Positions 48,933 to 57,904 of a stretch of DNA of 64,000 bases are shown here, one piece after another; the first letter of the stretch is position 1; the number at the start of each line of letters is the position of its first letter. This DNA is from Treponemataceae bacterium (GTDB taxonomy: Bacteria > Spirochaetota > Spirochaetia > Treponematales > Rectinemataceae), in the NCBI GenBank assembly GCA_963667725.2, contig CAXXHO010000003.1, positions 1,216,001 to 1,280,000 on the forward strand, written 5' to 3'. The position numbers were made by a program, and so were the translations under genes. The notes under the pieces are model-generated. The model was not told where the DNA came from. It did no database searches and was given only the letters and a program-made list of their open reading frames with translations.

Positions 48933-51029
48933 ATGTCGTTCGCAACCGATCAGATCAGAAACATCGCCATAGCCGGCCACGGGAGTACCGGCAAGACAAC
49001 GCTGCTCGAACACATTCTCTTTCAGGGCGGAGTGATATCCAAGCCAGAAACCATCGAATCCGGCAAGACTGTCAGCGATTTCGGTGAGGACGAAATCGCG
49101 CGCAAGATATCAGTTCGCTCAACGCTGACGCATTGTGTCGTCAGAGACACCAAGATCAACTTCATCGACACGCCCGGATCCTCGGATTTCGTAGGCGAAG
49201 TCATACTCGCTTTCAGGGCTTGCGAAAGCGCCCTCCTCCTGATCGACGCCAGATCAGGCGTCCAGATCGAGACCATCAAACTCTGGAGAAATCTGGACAG
49301 CCGTTCCAAGCCGCGCATGGTGTTCATCACCAGGATGGACGAGGACCGCGCTTCATTCGGCGCCTGCCTTGAAGACATAAAAGCCAAATTCAAGATCGCT
49401 CCGGTTCCCGTCACGATCCCCATGGGTGAGGGATTGGAGCTCAAAGGCGTCATCGATGTCATCAACTCGAAAGCGTATATGAAGCCGGCAGCGGGCGACC
49501 AGAAAGAGATCGTTGCCGATGTCCCCGCTGAATACAAGGAAGCGCTCGAAACCGCCAGACTCCAGCTTTTTGAAGCCGCGGCCGAAGGCGAAGACGCCCT
49601 CATGGAGAAATACCTTGAGCAGGGAGAACTCAGCCAGGAAGACATGATTCTTGGCCTCCGCGCCGCCCTCTCTCTCTCGAAGATAGTCCCCGCCTTCGCC
49701 GGTTCTGGACTCAAGAACGTCGGCACGGCCGCTCTTATCGATTTCCTGGCCCTCATGGCGCCCTCTCCCCTCTCTCATGGAGCCGAGGAAGTAAAGGATT
49801 TCGACGGCAACATGATGGAAGTAACCGTTGACGCAGCCAAGCCGACAACCGCCATGGTCATCAAGACACAGATCGACCAATTCTCTGGCCGTCTTTCCAT
49901 CGTCAAGGTATTCACCGGCTCTCTCGTGCCGGAACTCGAATTCGTCAACGTGCGCGACGGCAGAAAGGACCGCCTCTCCAAGCTCTATACGGCCCAGGGC
50001 AAAAAAATCGAGGAAACCCAGGCTCTCGTCGCCGGCGACATCGGCATCATCGCGAAAGCCGCCAGCCTCAAGACGAACGATACCATTTCCGCGATGGATC
50101 GGCCCTACTCCTTCAAGCCCCTGAAGCTCCCCACCCCCGTCCACCTTGTCGCCATCTCCGCGGCCAACAAAAAGGAAGAGGATAAGCTGAACGAGCTCCT
50201 CCTGAAAGCGGCCGAGGAAGATTTGACCTTCCAGGTAAACTACAATGTCGAGACTAAGGAAACCGTGATCGCGGGCATGGGCGACCTTCAGATCAGCATG
50301 ATCCTCGATAAAATCAAGAATCAAGCCAAGATCATGGCCGAGACGAGGATTCCTCGCGTCGCCTATCGGGAAACCATAACCAAGAAATCCGGCGCCGAGT
50401 ATACGCATAAAAAACAGACTGGCGGCCACGGCCAGTACGCGCGCGTAGTCTTCGAGGTCGAACCCCTGGAACGGGGCGCCGGCTATCAGTTCGAGAACAA
50501 GCTCTTCGGCCAGTCCGTATCCCGCGGCTTCATCCCCGGCATCGAGAAGGGCATCCATCAGGCGATGGAAAACGGCGTCGTCGCTGGCTACCCCGTCGTG
50601 GACGTGAAAACCGCCATAACGGACGGCAAGGAACACCCCGTGGATTCCTCCGAAATGGCCTTCAAGCTGGCGTCCAGAGGCGCTTTCCGCGAAGCGTCCA
50701 AGACCGCCAACCCCACCCTCCTGGAGCCTATCATGGATCTCAAGGTCTTCGCGGAAGAGAAAAATCTCGGCGACGTCATGTCGGACCTCTCGGGCCGCAG
50801 GGGAAGGATTTCTGGTAGCAACCCTATCGGCGGAGGCATCATCGAAGTCGACGCCCAAGTTCCCCAGGCCGAGCTTCTCCGCTACGCCATCGATCTCCGC
50901 TCCATGACCTCGGGCACCGCGTCCTTCGAAGTGGATTTTTCCCATTACGCTCCCATCTCCGGCAAGATCGCCGAGGATGTCATCAAAGCCGCGCAGGCCT
51001 TCAAGACGGCCGAGGCCGAGGAAGAGTGA
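48933..51029 (+). CDS. Elongation factor G paralogue (EF-G II-like)
   Basis: Full five-domain EF-G architecture (IRNIAI.GH..GKTTL, GMGDLQ, YRETI, KKQTGGHGQY, HPVDSSEMAF, LLEPI) with divergent G-motifs. Confidence 0.88.
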   Translation: MSFATDQIRNIAIAGHGSTGKTTLLEHILFQGGVISKPETIESGKTVSDFGEDEIARKISVRSTLTHCVVRDTKINFIDTPGSSDFVGEVILAFRACESALLLIDARSGVQIETIKLWRNLDSRSKPRMVFITRMDEDRASFGACLEDIKAKFKIAPVPVTIPMGEGLELKGVIDVINSKAYMKPAAGDQKEIVADVPAEYKEALETARLQLFEAAAEGEDALMEKYLEQGELSQEDMILGLRAALSLSKIVPAFAGSGLKNVGTAALIDFLALMAPSPLSHGAEEVKDFDGNMMEVTVDAAKPTTAMVIKTQIDQFSGRLSIVKVFTGSLVPELEFVNVRDGRKDRLSKLYTAQGKKIEETQALVAGDIGIIAKAASLKTNDTISAMDRPYSFKPLKLPTPVHLVAISAANKKEEDKLNELLLKAAEEDLTFQVNYNVETKETVIAGMGDLQISMILDKIKNQAKIMAETRIPRVAYRETITKKSGAEYTHKKQTGGHGQYARVVFEVEPLERGAGYQFENKLFGQSVSRGFIPGIEKGIHQAMENGVVAGYPVVDVKTAITDGKEHPVDSSEMAFKLASRGAFREASKTANPTLLEPIMDLKVFAEEKNLGDVMSDLSGRRGRISGSNPIGGGIIEVDAQVPQAELLRYAIDLRSMTSGTASFEVDFSHYAPISGKIAEDVIKAAQAFKTAEAEEE

Positions 51030-51053
51030 TTCGGAATTTTATCCAATAATGAC

Positions 51054-51083
51054 AAGGGCTGCCGAAAAATGGCAGCCCTTTTT
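51054..51083. terminator. Intrinsic terminator
   Basis: AAGGGCTGCC-GAAAAAT-GGCAGCCCTTTT. Confidence 0.85.
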
Positions 51084-51113
51084 CAACACAGATTCACATG
51101 AATGGTTCCCCTG

Positions 51114-51794
51114 TCATGGCAATTCCGAAATCGCCACCCTGTAACCGACGCCGGGCTCCGTTACGATGAGCGAAGGGTGCTCATCGTCCTCCTCGAGTTT
51201 TCTTCTGAGAGCCCTTATATGGACTCTCAAGCTGCCCTCCTCCGCTTCGCCCGCCGGACCCCATACTTCCCTAAGGAGCCTATCCCTCGTGACGATCTTT
51301 CCCGCATGGCGGAGAAGTATCTCCAGGACAGCGTATTCGGTGTTCGTGAGATGGATTTCCTCGCCGTCCCTGGCGATGTGCCGCTTCCCGAGGTCCATTT
51401 CCAGGGCTCCCCTACGATAGACGGAACCGCCTTCCTGCCATTTCCTTCTGCACACCGCCGACAGGCGCGCGAATACTTCGTCCGTATAGAAAGGTTTCAC
51501 GATGTAGTCGTCGGCGCCCGCATCCAAAAGGGCTATTATATCGTCCTGGGAATCGCGCACCGAGACAATCACGACCGGAACGCTGCTCCAGCCTCTGACG
51601 CTGCGAAGCAGCTCCGCGCCGCCCATATCCGGAAGATTTAGATCGAGTAGCACGACGTCTGGTTTCGAGGCCATGATAGCCTGGATGCCTTCGAAGCCGT
51701 TCGCCGCCTCGAAGACTTCCCAGCCTTTGCTCCCGAGGGCGATGGAGAGAAGTCGCCGTATCCTGGCTTCATCGTCTATGACAAGGACGCGCAC
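51114..51794 (-). CDS. kdpE: KdpE-like OmpR-family response regulator
   Basis: VIDDE, LLDLNLPD, GADDYIVKPF, LLREVWG, IVTEPGVGYR. Confidence 0.8.
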   Translation of the reverse strand: MRVLVIDDEARIRRLLSIALGSKGWEVFEAANGFEGIQAIMASKPDVVLLDLNLPDMGGAELLRSVRGWSSVPVVIVSVRDSQDDIIALLDAGADDYIVKPFYTDEVFARLSAVCRRKWQEGGSVYRRGALEMDLGKRHIARDGEEIHLTNTEYAVLEILLRHAGKIVTRDRLLREVWGPAGEAEEGSLRVHIRALRRKLEEDDEHPSLIVTEPGVGYRVAISELP

Positions 51795-51799
51795 AATCC

Positions 51800-53752
51800 T
51801 TACCCTCCTTGACAGTTCGGAAAAATCGCCTCAACCTCGAATCCGCCCGTGGATCGGCGAGCGGCTATGCTGCCTCCATGGGCTTCGACTATTCCCCTGC
51901 ACATCGCGAGTCCGAGGCCGAGCCCCCCTGGAGCGTCGCCTTCGGCGCGTTTGAACTTCGCGAAAGGCGCCCTCATCCGCTCGTCTCCGAAACCAGGTCC
52001 CTCGTCCGCTACCGTAATCGCAAGACCATTGTCGCGAGGCATGAGACGCAGTTCCACAATACCATTCTTGCGGGAATAACGGCAGGCGTTCTCAAGGAGG
52101 TTCTTCATGAGCCGAACTACCAAAACATCGTCAAGCCGGAAATCACTGGGATTCTCTGGCAGGAGTATATTTACTCGCCGCCCAGCGAGCGACTCCGCAG
52201 CTGCGGCGGTGGCCGCTTCGGCTAAGTCCCTCGCCTCAGTCAGGTTGCGCTTCAACTTCAGCCTCCCCGATTCCATTCTTCCGATGGATAGAAAATCCTC
52301 CACTATCTCATTCAGATGTCCGGCCGAACTCAGGGCGCCTTCAAGCAATTCCTGTCTCATCGAGGGATTAGATCCTATCGCCTCGTCCCGCAGCGCGCTC
52401 AAGGAGCCAGTTATCGTCGTGAGGGGCGTCTTGAGCTCATGGGATACGGAATCGAAAAGCACTTTCGCCAGACGCTCCGATTCTAGCTCGAGCGTCGCTA
52501 TCCTCGAAGCTTCTACGGAACGCTCCCTCTCGACGAACATGGCGAGGCTTCTACCGAGAGCCGCGAAAAGCTCATCATCGCCGGATTGAAAATTATTCCG
52601 CTTTCTATTGCAGGAAAACCCAATGGCAGCCACAGCGCTCGACCGCACTCGCGCCGGTATGAAGCGGTATGACGAATCCGGGAAGCGATCTGTTCCCTCG
52701 CCGCATACTTCGCTCTTTTCGGCACAATATTTCGCCGCCTTCCTGTCGATTTCCTCAAGATTCTCTGCCCCGCTGGCAAAAAAGGCTCCTTGCCTGTTTG
52801 AATCGCCGACAACGTATACGACGGCGGGGGCGGCATTGTAGCCTTCCACGAGCTTGGCCGAGGCCGCCGCCGCGTCTCTTATGGAGCTGAGTTCGGAGAG
52901 CCGCTCGGCGGCGGCCAGCAGCAGCGAGGCTTCCCTGTCCCTACGCTGGAGAAGACGCTCCCGCGACCGCAACCCCGCGGAGAGGGAACCCGTTACCGCC
53001 GCTACAAGGAAATAGAGTCCGAAGAGAAGTATGTCCTCGGGAGATGAGATCGCGAACGTGAAACGAGGCGGAATGAAAAAGAAATTGTACGCGAGGGATG
53101 ACAGGACGGCGAGCAGGACCACCGGCCCAGGCCCCGACACGAGCGAGAGAAAGAGCACGGCCGCGAGATAGAGAAAAGCGACGCTCCTATGCCCCATAAC
53201 CGGCGCGAGAACCAGGCAGATGATTGTCGCGAGAGCGAAGACCAGAAGGAGAAGGCCGTACTGACGAAAAGGCGCGCTGAACGTCTTCCGGATAGATGCG
53301 AGGGTAAAATCATTGCCGACATCCTTCGAATCGCTCACCACAACGACATCGAGCGGACCGGCTTCCCGAAGGATTCTGTCTGAGATAGTCGCCCTACCCC
53401 AAAAGTGGCCGAGGCGGGACAGCCCGGACCGCCCTATGACGAGCATCGTCGCGCTTTTAGCCTTAGCCCCGTCTATCAAAGCCCTCACCACGTCGGATCC
53501 GACGATGGTCGATACTTGGGCGCCCAGTTTCCTCGCTAAATCGAGATTGGCTTCCAGGCGCTCCCTGTCCTTACCGCCCATCAGAACGCCGCCATCGACA
53601 TGAAAGGCGATCCATTCCATGCGCAGACCGGCCGCCGCATGATGAGCCCAACGCACCAAGCGCGCCGAATTGGGAGAACTCCCGACGCCTACGGCGATCT
53701 TTGTCCTGTCGCCGCTATGCTCTTCGCTGCTCTCTTCCGCCGACACTTCCAT
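51800..53752 (-). CDS. kdpD: KdpD-like sensor kinase (USP + DUF4118 TM + GAF + HK), lacking the N-terminal KdpD domain
   Basis: USP domain (SPNSARLVR..LARKLGA), NFFFIPPRFTF, SHELKTPL, NLLENA, GLGLGLAM. Confidence 0.8.
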   Translation of the reverse strand: MEVSAEESSEEHSGDRTKIAVGVGSSPNSARLVRWAHHAAAGLRMEWIAFHVDGGVLMGGKDRERLEANLDLARKLGAQVSTIVGSDVVRALIDGAKAKSATMLVIGRSGLSRLGHFWGRATISDRILREAGPLDVVVVSDSKDVGNDFTLASIRKTFSAPFRQYGLLLLVFALATIICLVLAPVMGHRSVAFLYLAAVLFLSLVSGPGPVVLLAVLSSLAYNFFFIPPRFTFAISSPEDILLFGLYFLVAAVTGSLSAGLRSRERLLQRRDREASLLLAAAERLSELSSIRDAAAASAKLVEGYNAAPAVVYVVGDSNRQGAFFASGAENLEEIDRKAAKYCAEKSEVCGEGTDRFPDSSYRFIPARVRSSAVAAIGFSCNRKRNNFQSGDDELFAALGRSLAMFVERERSVEASRIATLELESERLAKVLFDSVSHELKTPLTTITGSLSALRDEAIGSNPSMRQELLEGALSSAGHLNEIVEDFLSIGRMESGRLKLKRNLTEARDLAEAATAAAAESLAGRRVNILLPENPSDFRLDDVLVVRLMKNLLENACRYSRKNGIVELRLMPRDNGLAITVADEGPGFGDERMRAPFAKFKRAEGDAPGGLGLGLAMCRGIVEAHGGSIAARRSTGGFEVEAIFPNCQGG

Positions 53753-53814
53753 CTTCGCTCCCCGTTGACTATTGCTTATGGAGATACGCTGTAGCAAGGC
53801 ATTTGAAACCTTCC

Positions 53815-54351
53815 TCACGAACTTTTTTCCCGCCTTCCCCTTTTCCGCCACAGAACCGCGAGCAGTATACCAGAAAGGCTGAACGCTATCGCGGCGCAAA
53901 GGCGCGTCAAGTCGAGCGGATGAGAAATCGGTATGCCTTTCTTAACCAGTACAATCGTTTCGGCATGAATGTCCAGATCGCCGCCATGCTCCGGGCAAGC
54001 CCTGTGCATGATGCCGGTTATGTAGACCCTGTCACCGATGGCTTCATAGTTACCGAGATACGCAATTTCTGGCAATCGGTCATTATCTGCCCATATGCCC
54101 ACGGCTGTCCCGCTGTCGAGAATATTTATCCACGAATGATCGCCTCTCGCCATCACGTCGCCTACTATCTCGCCCTCTATCGCGACTATTGTTCCATCGT
54201 ATGACGAGGCCTTTTCAACGATATCAGAAAGGTGGATGGCCGGGACGGCGGTAAAAAAATCCGTCCCCGGATCGGCCGCTGCCGGGACAATCGCCACAAC
54301 AAGCGCGAAAAAAACGAAGATCGCGTCACTGAATGTAGTATCATTTTTCAT
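53815..54351 (-). CDS. Exported/membrane-anchored OB-fold-like protein
   Basis: Signal peptide ending PAAA; GEIVGD..RGDH.WINI.D...GIW; GDRVYITG.MHRACPEHGGDLDIH; C-terminal TM plus basic tail; ATGA overlap with trkH. Confidence 0.7.
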   Translation of the reverse strand: MKNDTTFSDAIFVFFALVVAIVPAAADPGTDFFTAVPAIHLSDIVEKASSYDGTIVAIEGEIVGDVMARGDHSWINILDSGTAVGIWADNDRLPEIAYLGNYEAIGDRVYITGIMHRACPEHGGDLDIHAETIVLVKKGIPISHPLDLTRLCAAIAFSLSGILLAVLWRKRGRREKSS

Positions 54352-55856
54352 AACTTCCTCTTGCCGAACAGCGATGCGACGAATCCCGCCGAAGCCAGGA
54401 CAGCCATGAATTCGAGCCTGCCGGCCCACATGTTAAAGATGTAGACAAGCTTCAGTCCAGCGGGGATCGAGGCTGTCGTCACCCCAATGCTGAGACCGAC
54501 ATTCCCTGTCACGGATGCAGCTTCGAATACGGCTTCGAGAAAGGGAAAGCCCGCGAGACAGCCTGCCGCCGCGGCGAAGGCGAAGATGACCATGTACATG
54601 AGAACCACAAGAGCCGCCCCCCTTACCTGCCGTTCGCCGAGGGTTCTGAGGCCATGATAGTGGTATTTCTGCACTACGACAGCCGAACTTGGCCTGAGGA
54701 GACGCTTCGTGTCCTGGATGATCGCCTTGGCGAGGATGCCTACACGAAGGCCCTTGAACCCGCCGGCCGTGGAACAGGCGCTTCCGCCGATAAGCATCGC
54801 CATGATCACGGCGAGCAGGGCGAGATCGCCCCATTCGGCAGCGAACTGCCGGGGATAGATGGTCATGAATCCGGTTGTCGTATGGGCCGAGGCAAGCTGA
54901 TAGAAACCCTTCCTGATAAGGCTTACCAGATCAGGGTAGACTTGAAGTTTCACCAATCCCCAGCACGCGAGCATCGTAAGGATACAGAGCGTCGTGCCGA
55001 AGGACACAGTCTCTATATTCTTGATAAGTTCCTTCCGGTTGCCCTTGAGCACCGCGGCGTGGAGAGCGAAATTGAAGGAGCCTACCACGAAGAAAATAAA
55101 GGTTATCGCCTCATAGAGCGCGCTGTGATAGTAGAGAACGTTTTGGGACATCGGGGCGAACCCTCCCGTGCTCCAATCCGCCATATAGATCCAGAGTCCG
55201 TGCAGAAAAGCCCTGCCAGGCGAGAGACCGATCGTCATCCCCGCCAGCCATAGCGCGGCGGTCCCGACCATGAGATAGATAAAGCTTATTTTCCATATGG
55301 CTTTCGCCGTGTGCATGACGCTTGGGAACAGCCTCTCGTCTTTTCCTTCGCCTACATAGAAACCATAGCCTCCGCCGCCGCCTTCGACAAAAAGCGCCAA
55401 TGCCAGGACGATGATCCCCTGCCCGCCCACGAAGGTGAGAAGATGGCGCCACATGTTCAGCCCAATCGAGACGTGGTCAAGGTCCTGTATGAGCGTGAGC
55501 CCCGTCGTCGTCAGCCCGCTCATGACGTCGAACATAGCGTCGAGATAGGAAAGGTAGTGTCCGGACAGCCAATACGGAAGCGCCGATACGACCATCGCGA
55601 CAAGCCATGAAATGCCCGCCGTCGCCATGCCATGCATCCATCCGGGCCTGCTTCCGTTCCGGCAAAATGCCGCAAGGCTGGCGCCGACGGTCAGGATCGC
55701 GCCGAAGCTCAGAAAAAAATCCGCGGCGGGCGCGTATTCGCCAGCAAGCAAGGAAGTCAAAGCCGGAATGAGGCAGAGGAAAGAATAACCCGCGAGGATT
55801 TTACCCGTGTAGTGGAGGACAATTCCGAGATCTCTCCACCTCGGCGAAGATCTCAT
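54348..55856 (-). CDS. trkH: TrkH family K+ uptake membrane protein
   Basis: Four pore loops: SGLTTTGLT, WSTGGF, HTTTGF, TGNVGLS; GG.ACSTAGGFK; GRLE. Confidence 0.92.
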   Translation of the reverse strand: MRSSPRWRDLGIVLHYTGKILAGYSFLCLIPALTSLLAGEYAPAADFFLSFGAILTVGASLAAFCRNGSRPGWMHGMATAGISWLVAMVVSALPYWLSGHYLSYLDAMFDVMSGLTTTGLTLIQDLDHVSIGLNMWRHLLTFVGGQGIIVLALALFVEGGGGGYGFYVGEGKDERLFPSVMHTAKAIWKISFIYLMVGTAALWLAGMTIGLSPGRAFLHGLWIYMADWSTGGFAPMSQNVLYYHSALYEAITFIFFVVGSFNFALHAAVLKGNRKELIKNIETVSFGTTLCILTMLACWGLVKLQVYPDLVSLIRKGFYQLASAHTTTGFMTIYPRQFAAEWGDLALLAVIMAMLIGGSACSTAGGFKGLRVGILAKAIIQDTKRLLRPSSAVVVQKYHYHGLRTLGERQVRGAALVVLMYMVIFAFAAAAGCLAGFPFLEAVFEAASVTGNVGLSIGVTTASIPAGLKLVYIFNMWAGRLEFMAVLASAGFVASLFGKRKL

Positions 55857-55993
55857 AAAACCCCCGACATGAAAAGTGCCGCCGCGCAGGTAAGGATACC
55901 GATAGCGCCGATGGCCGAGGCATAACCGATTTCCGCAAGCACGCCGGCTACGAGGGGAGGAAGCGATCGCTTACTTGCGAGTTCCCGCGTCAT
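55853..55993 (-). CDS. 46-aa hydrophobic microprotein, not in the ORF track
   Basis: Hand translation MTRELASKRSLPPLVAGVLAEIGYASAIGAIGILTCAAALFMSGVL*; ATGA overlaps with both the trkA stop and the trkH start. Confidence 0.75.
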   Translation of the reverse strand: MTRELASKRSLPPLVAGVLAEIGYASAIGAIGILTCAAALFMSGVL

Positions 55994-56658
55994 TCCTTTT
56001 CTCCCATGAGGGCGCGCCGCAGCGCGGGCGCCGCGCTGCGGCGCGCCACGGCGAACACCCTGTCCAGAGGCTGCAGTACGCTGCGCCCTCTCGGCAGCGA
56101 GACCGAATCACCGCGCAATATGGCCACGAGGAGGCAGTCATCGGGCAAGCGAAGTTCCGAAACCGGCTGACCGACCACAGGCGAGTTTTCCGCGAGGCTC
56201 ATCTCGGCCAGCTCGACATCCCCTCGGTCGAAAATTGAGGTAAGCCGCAGGCCATTCGATGGAAGCACATTGCCGATAGTCGTCGCGGCCAAGGCTGTCG
56301 TGCTGATGACGGCATCCACGCCAAGAGACCGAAAGAGCTTCTCGTTGTTCGGATCAATCACCCTGGCAATCGTGTGCGGCACATGGAAATGTTCCTTGGC
56401 TATCTGGCAAGCCACGAGATTGTCCGCGTCGCTTCCCGTCACGGCCACGAGATACATCGCCTGCTCGGCGCCCGCATCTTTTAATATGAGCAGGTCGCTT
56501 CCGTCTCCGCAGAAGACTTTTACCTCGAGCATTTCGGCGATCGCCGAGCCTCTCGCATCCTCACGTTCCACGAGCACGACCTCATAGTTGGAAGCGCACA
56601 GTACTTTAGCGAGATGAAATCCCACTTTCCCGGCGCCGATCACTATCACACGATCCAT
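55990..56658 (-). CDS. trkA: TrkA-family RCK_N + RCK_C regulatory subunit
   Basis: GAGKVG Rossmann motif, GDGSD, VTGSDADN, RCK_C (SPVVG...LP..CLLVAILRG). Confidence 0.9.
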   Translation of the reverse strand: MDRVIVIGAGKVGFHLAKVLCASNYEVVLVEREDARGSAIAEMLEVKVFCGDGSDLLILKDAGAEQAMYLVAVTGSDADNLVACQIAKEHFHVPHTIARVIDPNNEKLFRSLGVDAVISTTALAATTIGNVLPSNGLRLTSIFDRGDVELAEMSLAENSPVVGQPVSELRLPDDCLLVAILRGDSVSLPRGRSVLQPLDRVFAVARRSAAPALRRALMGEKE

Positions 56659-57275
56659 AAGCGCCCTCCTTTCTCCTTCGCCCTGGCGATGATGACCGTA
56701 TCGTTTCGACGGACTATTTCCTTCCCGGCGATCTTCGCAAGGCGGCCTTCCTTTAACACCCCGACAATTCTCATCTTCATCGGCGACTTCACCCTGGAAA
56801 AGGGCAGGCCTAGCCAGGTTTCCGGAGGATGCACGCAGAGAAACGCGGGATCGATACTTGCGCTGAGGACGCCGAATCTATCATTGAGTATGAGTTCGAG
56901 GACCTGGTTGATTCCCGTGATGGTAGGGCAGACGGTATTCATGCCCAATTCGCGGTAGAATGCTTCCCGTTCGGGATCGGCGATCCTCGCAAGCACTTCC
57001 TTAACGCCGAAAAGGACCGTGGCCGCCTGCGCGCAGCAAATATTCACATTGTCGTCCGCTGTAGCCGCGATGAAGAGCGCCGCGTTCCTTGCCCCCGATC
57101 GCTCCAGGACTTCCATGTCCATGGGATCGCCGTCGACTATAAGCCCGTCAAATCCCTCGCCCAGCCGTTCCTGTTTGAGGCCAGAATCCACTATGACGAC
57201 ATCGTCCTGCCGCGAGGACATCGCCCTCGCCAGCCCTACGCCCAGCCTTCCACTTCCGGCAATGAGTACGAACAT
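56646..57275 (-). CDS. trkA: Second TrkA-family RCK subunit
   Basis: GSGRLG, GDPMD, ATADDNVN, ARIADP; RBS GGGGAGGAG. Confidence 0.85.
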   Translation of the reverse strand: MFVLIAGSGRLGVGLARAMSSRQDDVVIVDSGLKQERLGEGFDGLIVDGDPMDMEVLERSGARNAALFIAATADDNVNICCAQAATVLFGVKEVLARIADPEREAFYRELGMNTVCPTITGINQVLELILNDRFGVLSASIDPAFLCVHPPETWLGLPFSRVKSPMKMRIVGVLKEGRLAKIAGKEIVRRNDTVIIARAKEKGGRLWIV

Positions 57276-57338
57276 ATTCTCCTCCCCTCGTTGCCTTAAA
57301 AGTAGCGAGGAGAGCCTTCATTGATGAATAGAGAGCTT

Positions 57339-57375
57339 GTTAAGGTAGGTCCTATACCGGTTAAGATTTCGTTAA
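57339..57375 (-). promoter_or_regulatory. Phased TTAAC direct repeats, candidate KdpE-type operator
   Basis: GTTAA on the + strand at 57339, 57360 and 57371 (spacings 21 and 11 nt), upstream of the trk operon. Confidence 0.5.
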
Positions 57376-57427
57376 TCGTTTACCGCTGAGGCGCGAGGAG
57401 TAGATGAATGCCAGAGAATCCGCAAAG

Positions 57428-57904
57428 CTAGAGATTCAATTTCTCGACGTCCATTCCCAACGCCTCAATTTCGCGTATAAACTCCCCTGCCGTTTCGTAC
57501 TTTCTGTAGACGGAGGCAAAGCGAATATACGCCACCTTATCCAGGTCGTAGAGTCTGCGGAGCACCATGCTGCCTATCGCCTCGCTCGATATCTCGTTGC
57601 TGGTCTTGGCCAGCTGGGCGGCTTCGTCCTCAATCTCGTTTATGAAGTTTTCGATGGACATTTGGGATATCGGTCTTTTTTCCAGCGAACGTATAAGCCC
57701 GCGCTCGATTTTGCTCCGCTCGAAGGGCTCGCGCCTCCCGTCGCGCTTGACGACCATGAGGGGCTTTTCCTCTATGCGCTCGTAGCTCGTGAAACGGAGG
57801 TTGCAGGAGAGGCATTCCCTCCTGCGCCGTATGGCTTCTCCGTTGGCGAGGCTCCTGGAATCGATTACTTTGTCATCGAGGCTGCCGCAGTGTGGACATT
57901 TCAT
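57428..57904 (-). CDS. nrdR: Transcriptional repressor NrdR
   Basis: MKCPHC...DSR...IRRRRECLSC..RFTSYE, ATP cone, VAYIRFASVY. Confidence 0.96.
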   Translation of the reverse strand: MKCPHCGSLDDKVIDSRSLANGEAIRRRRECLSCNLRFTSYERIEEKPLMVVKRDGRREPFERSKIERGLIRSLEKRPISQMSIENFINEIEDEAAQLAKTSNEISSEAIGSMVLRRLYDLDKVAYIRFASVYRKYETAGEFIREIEALGMDVEKLNL

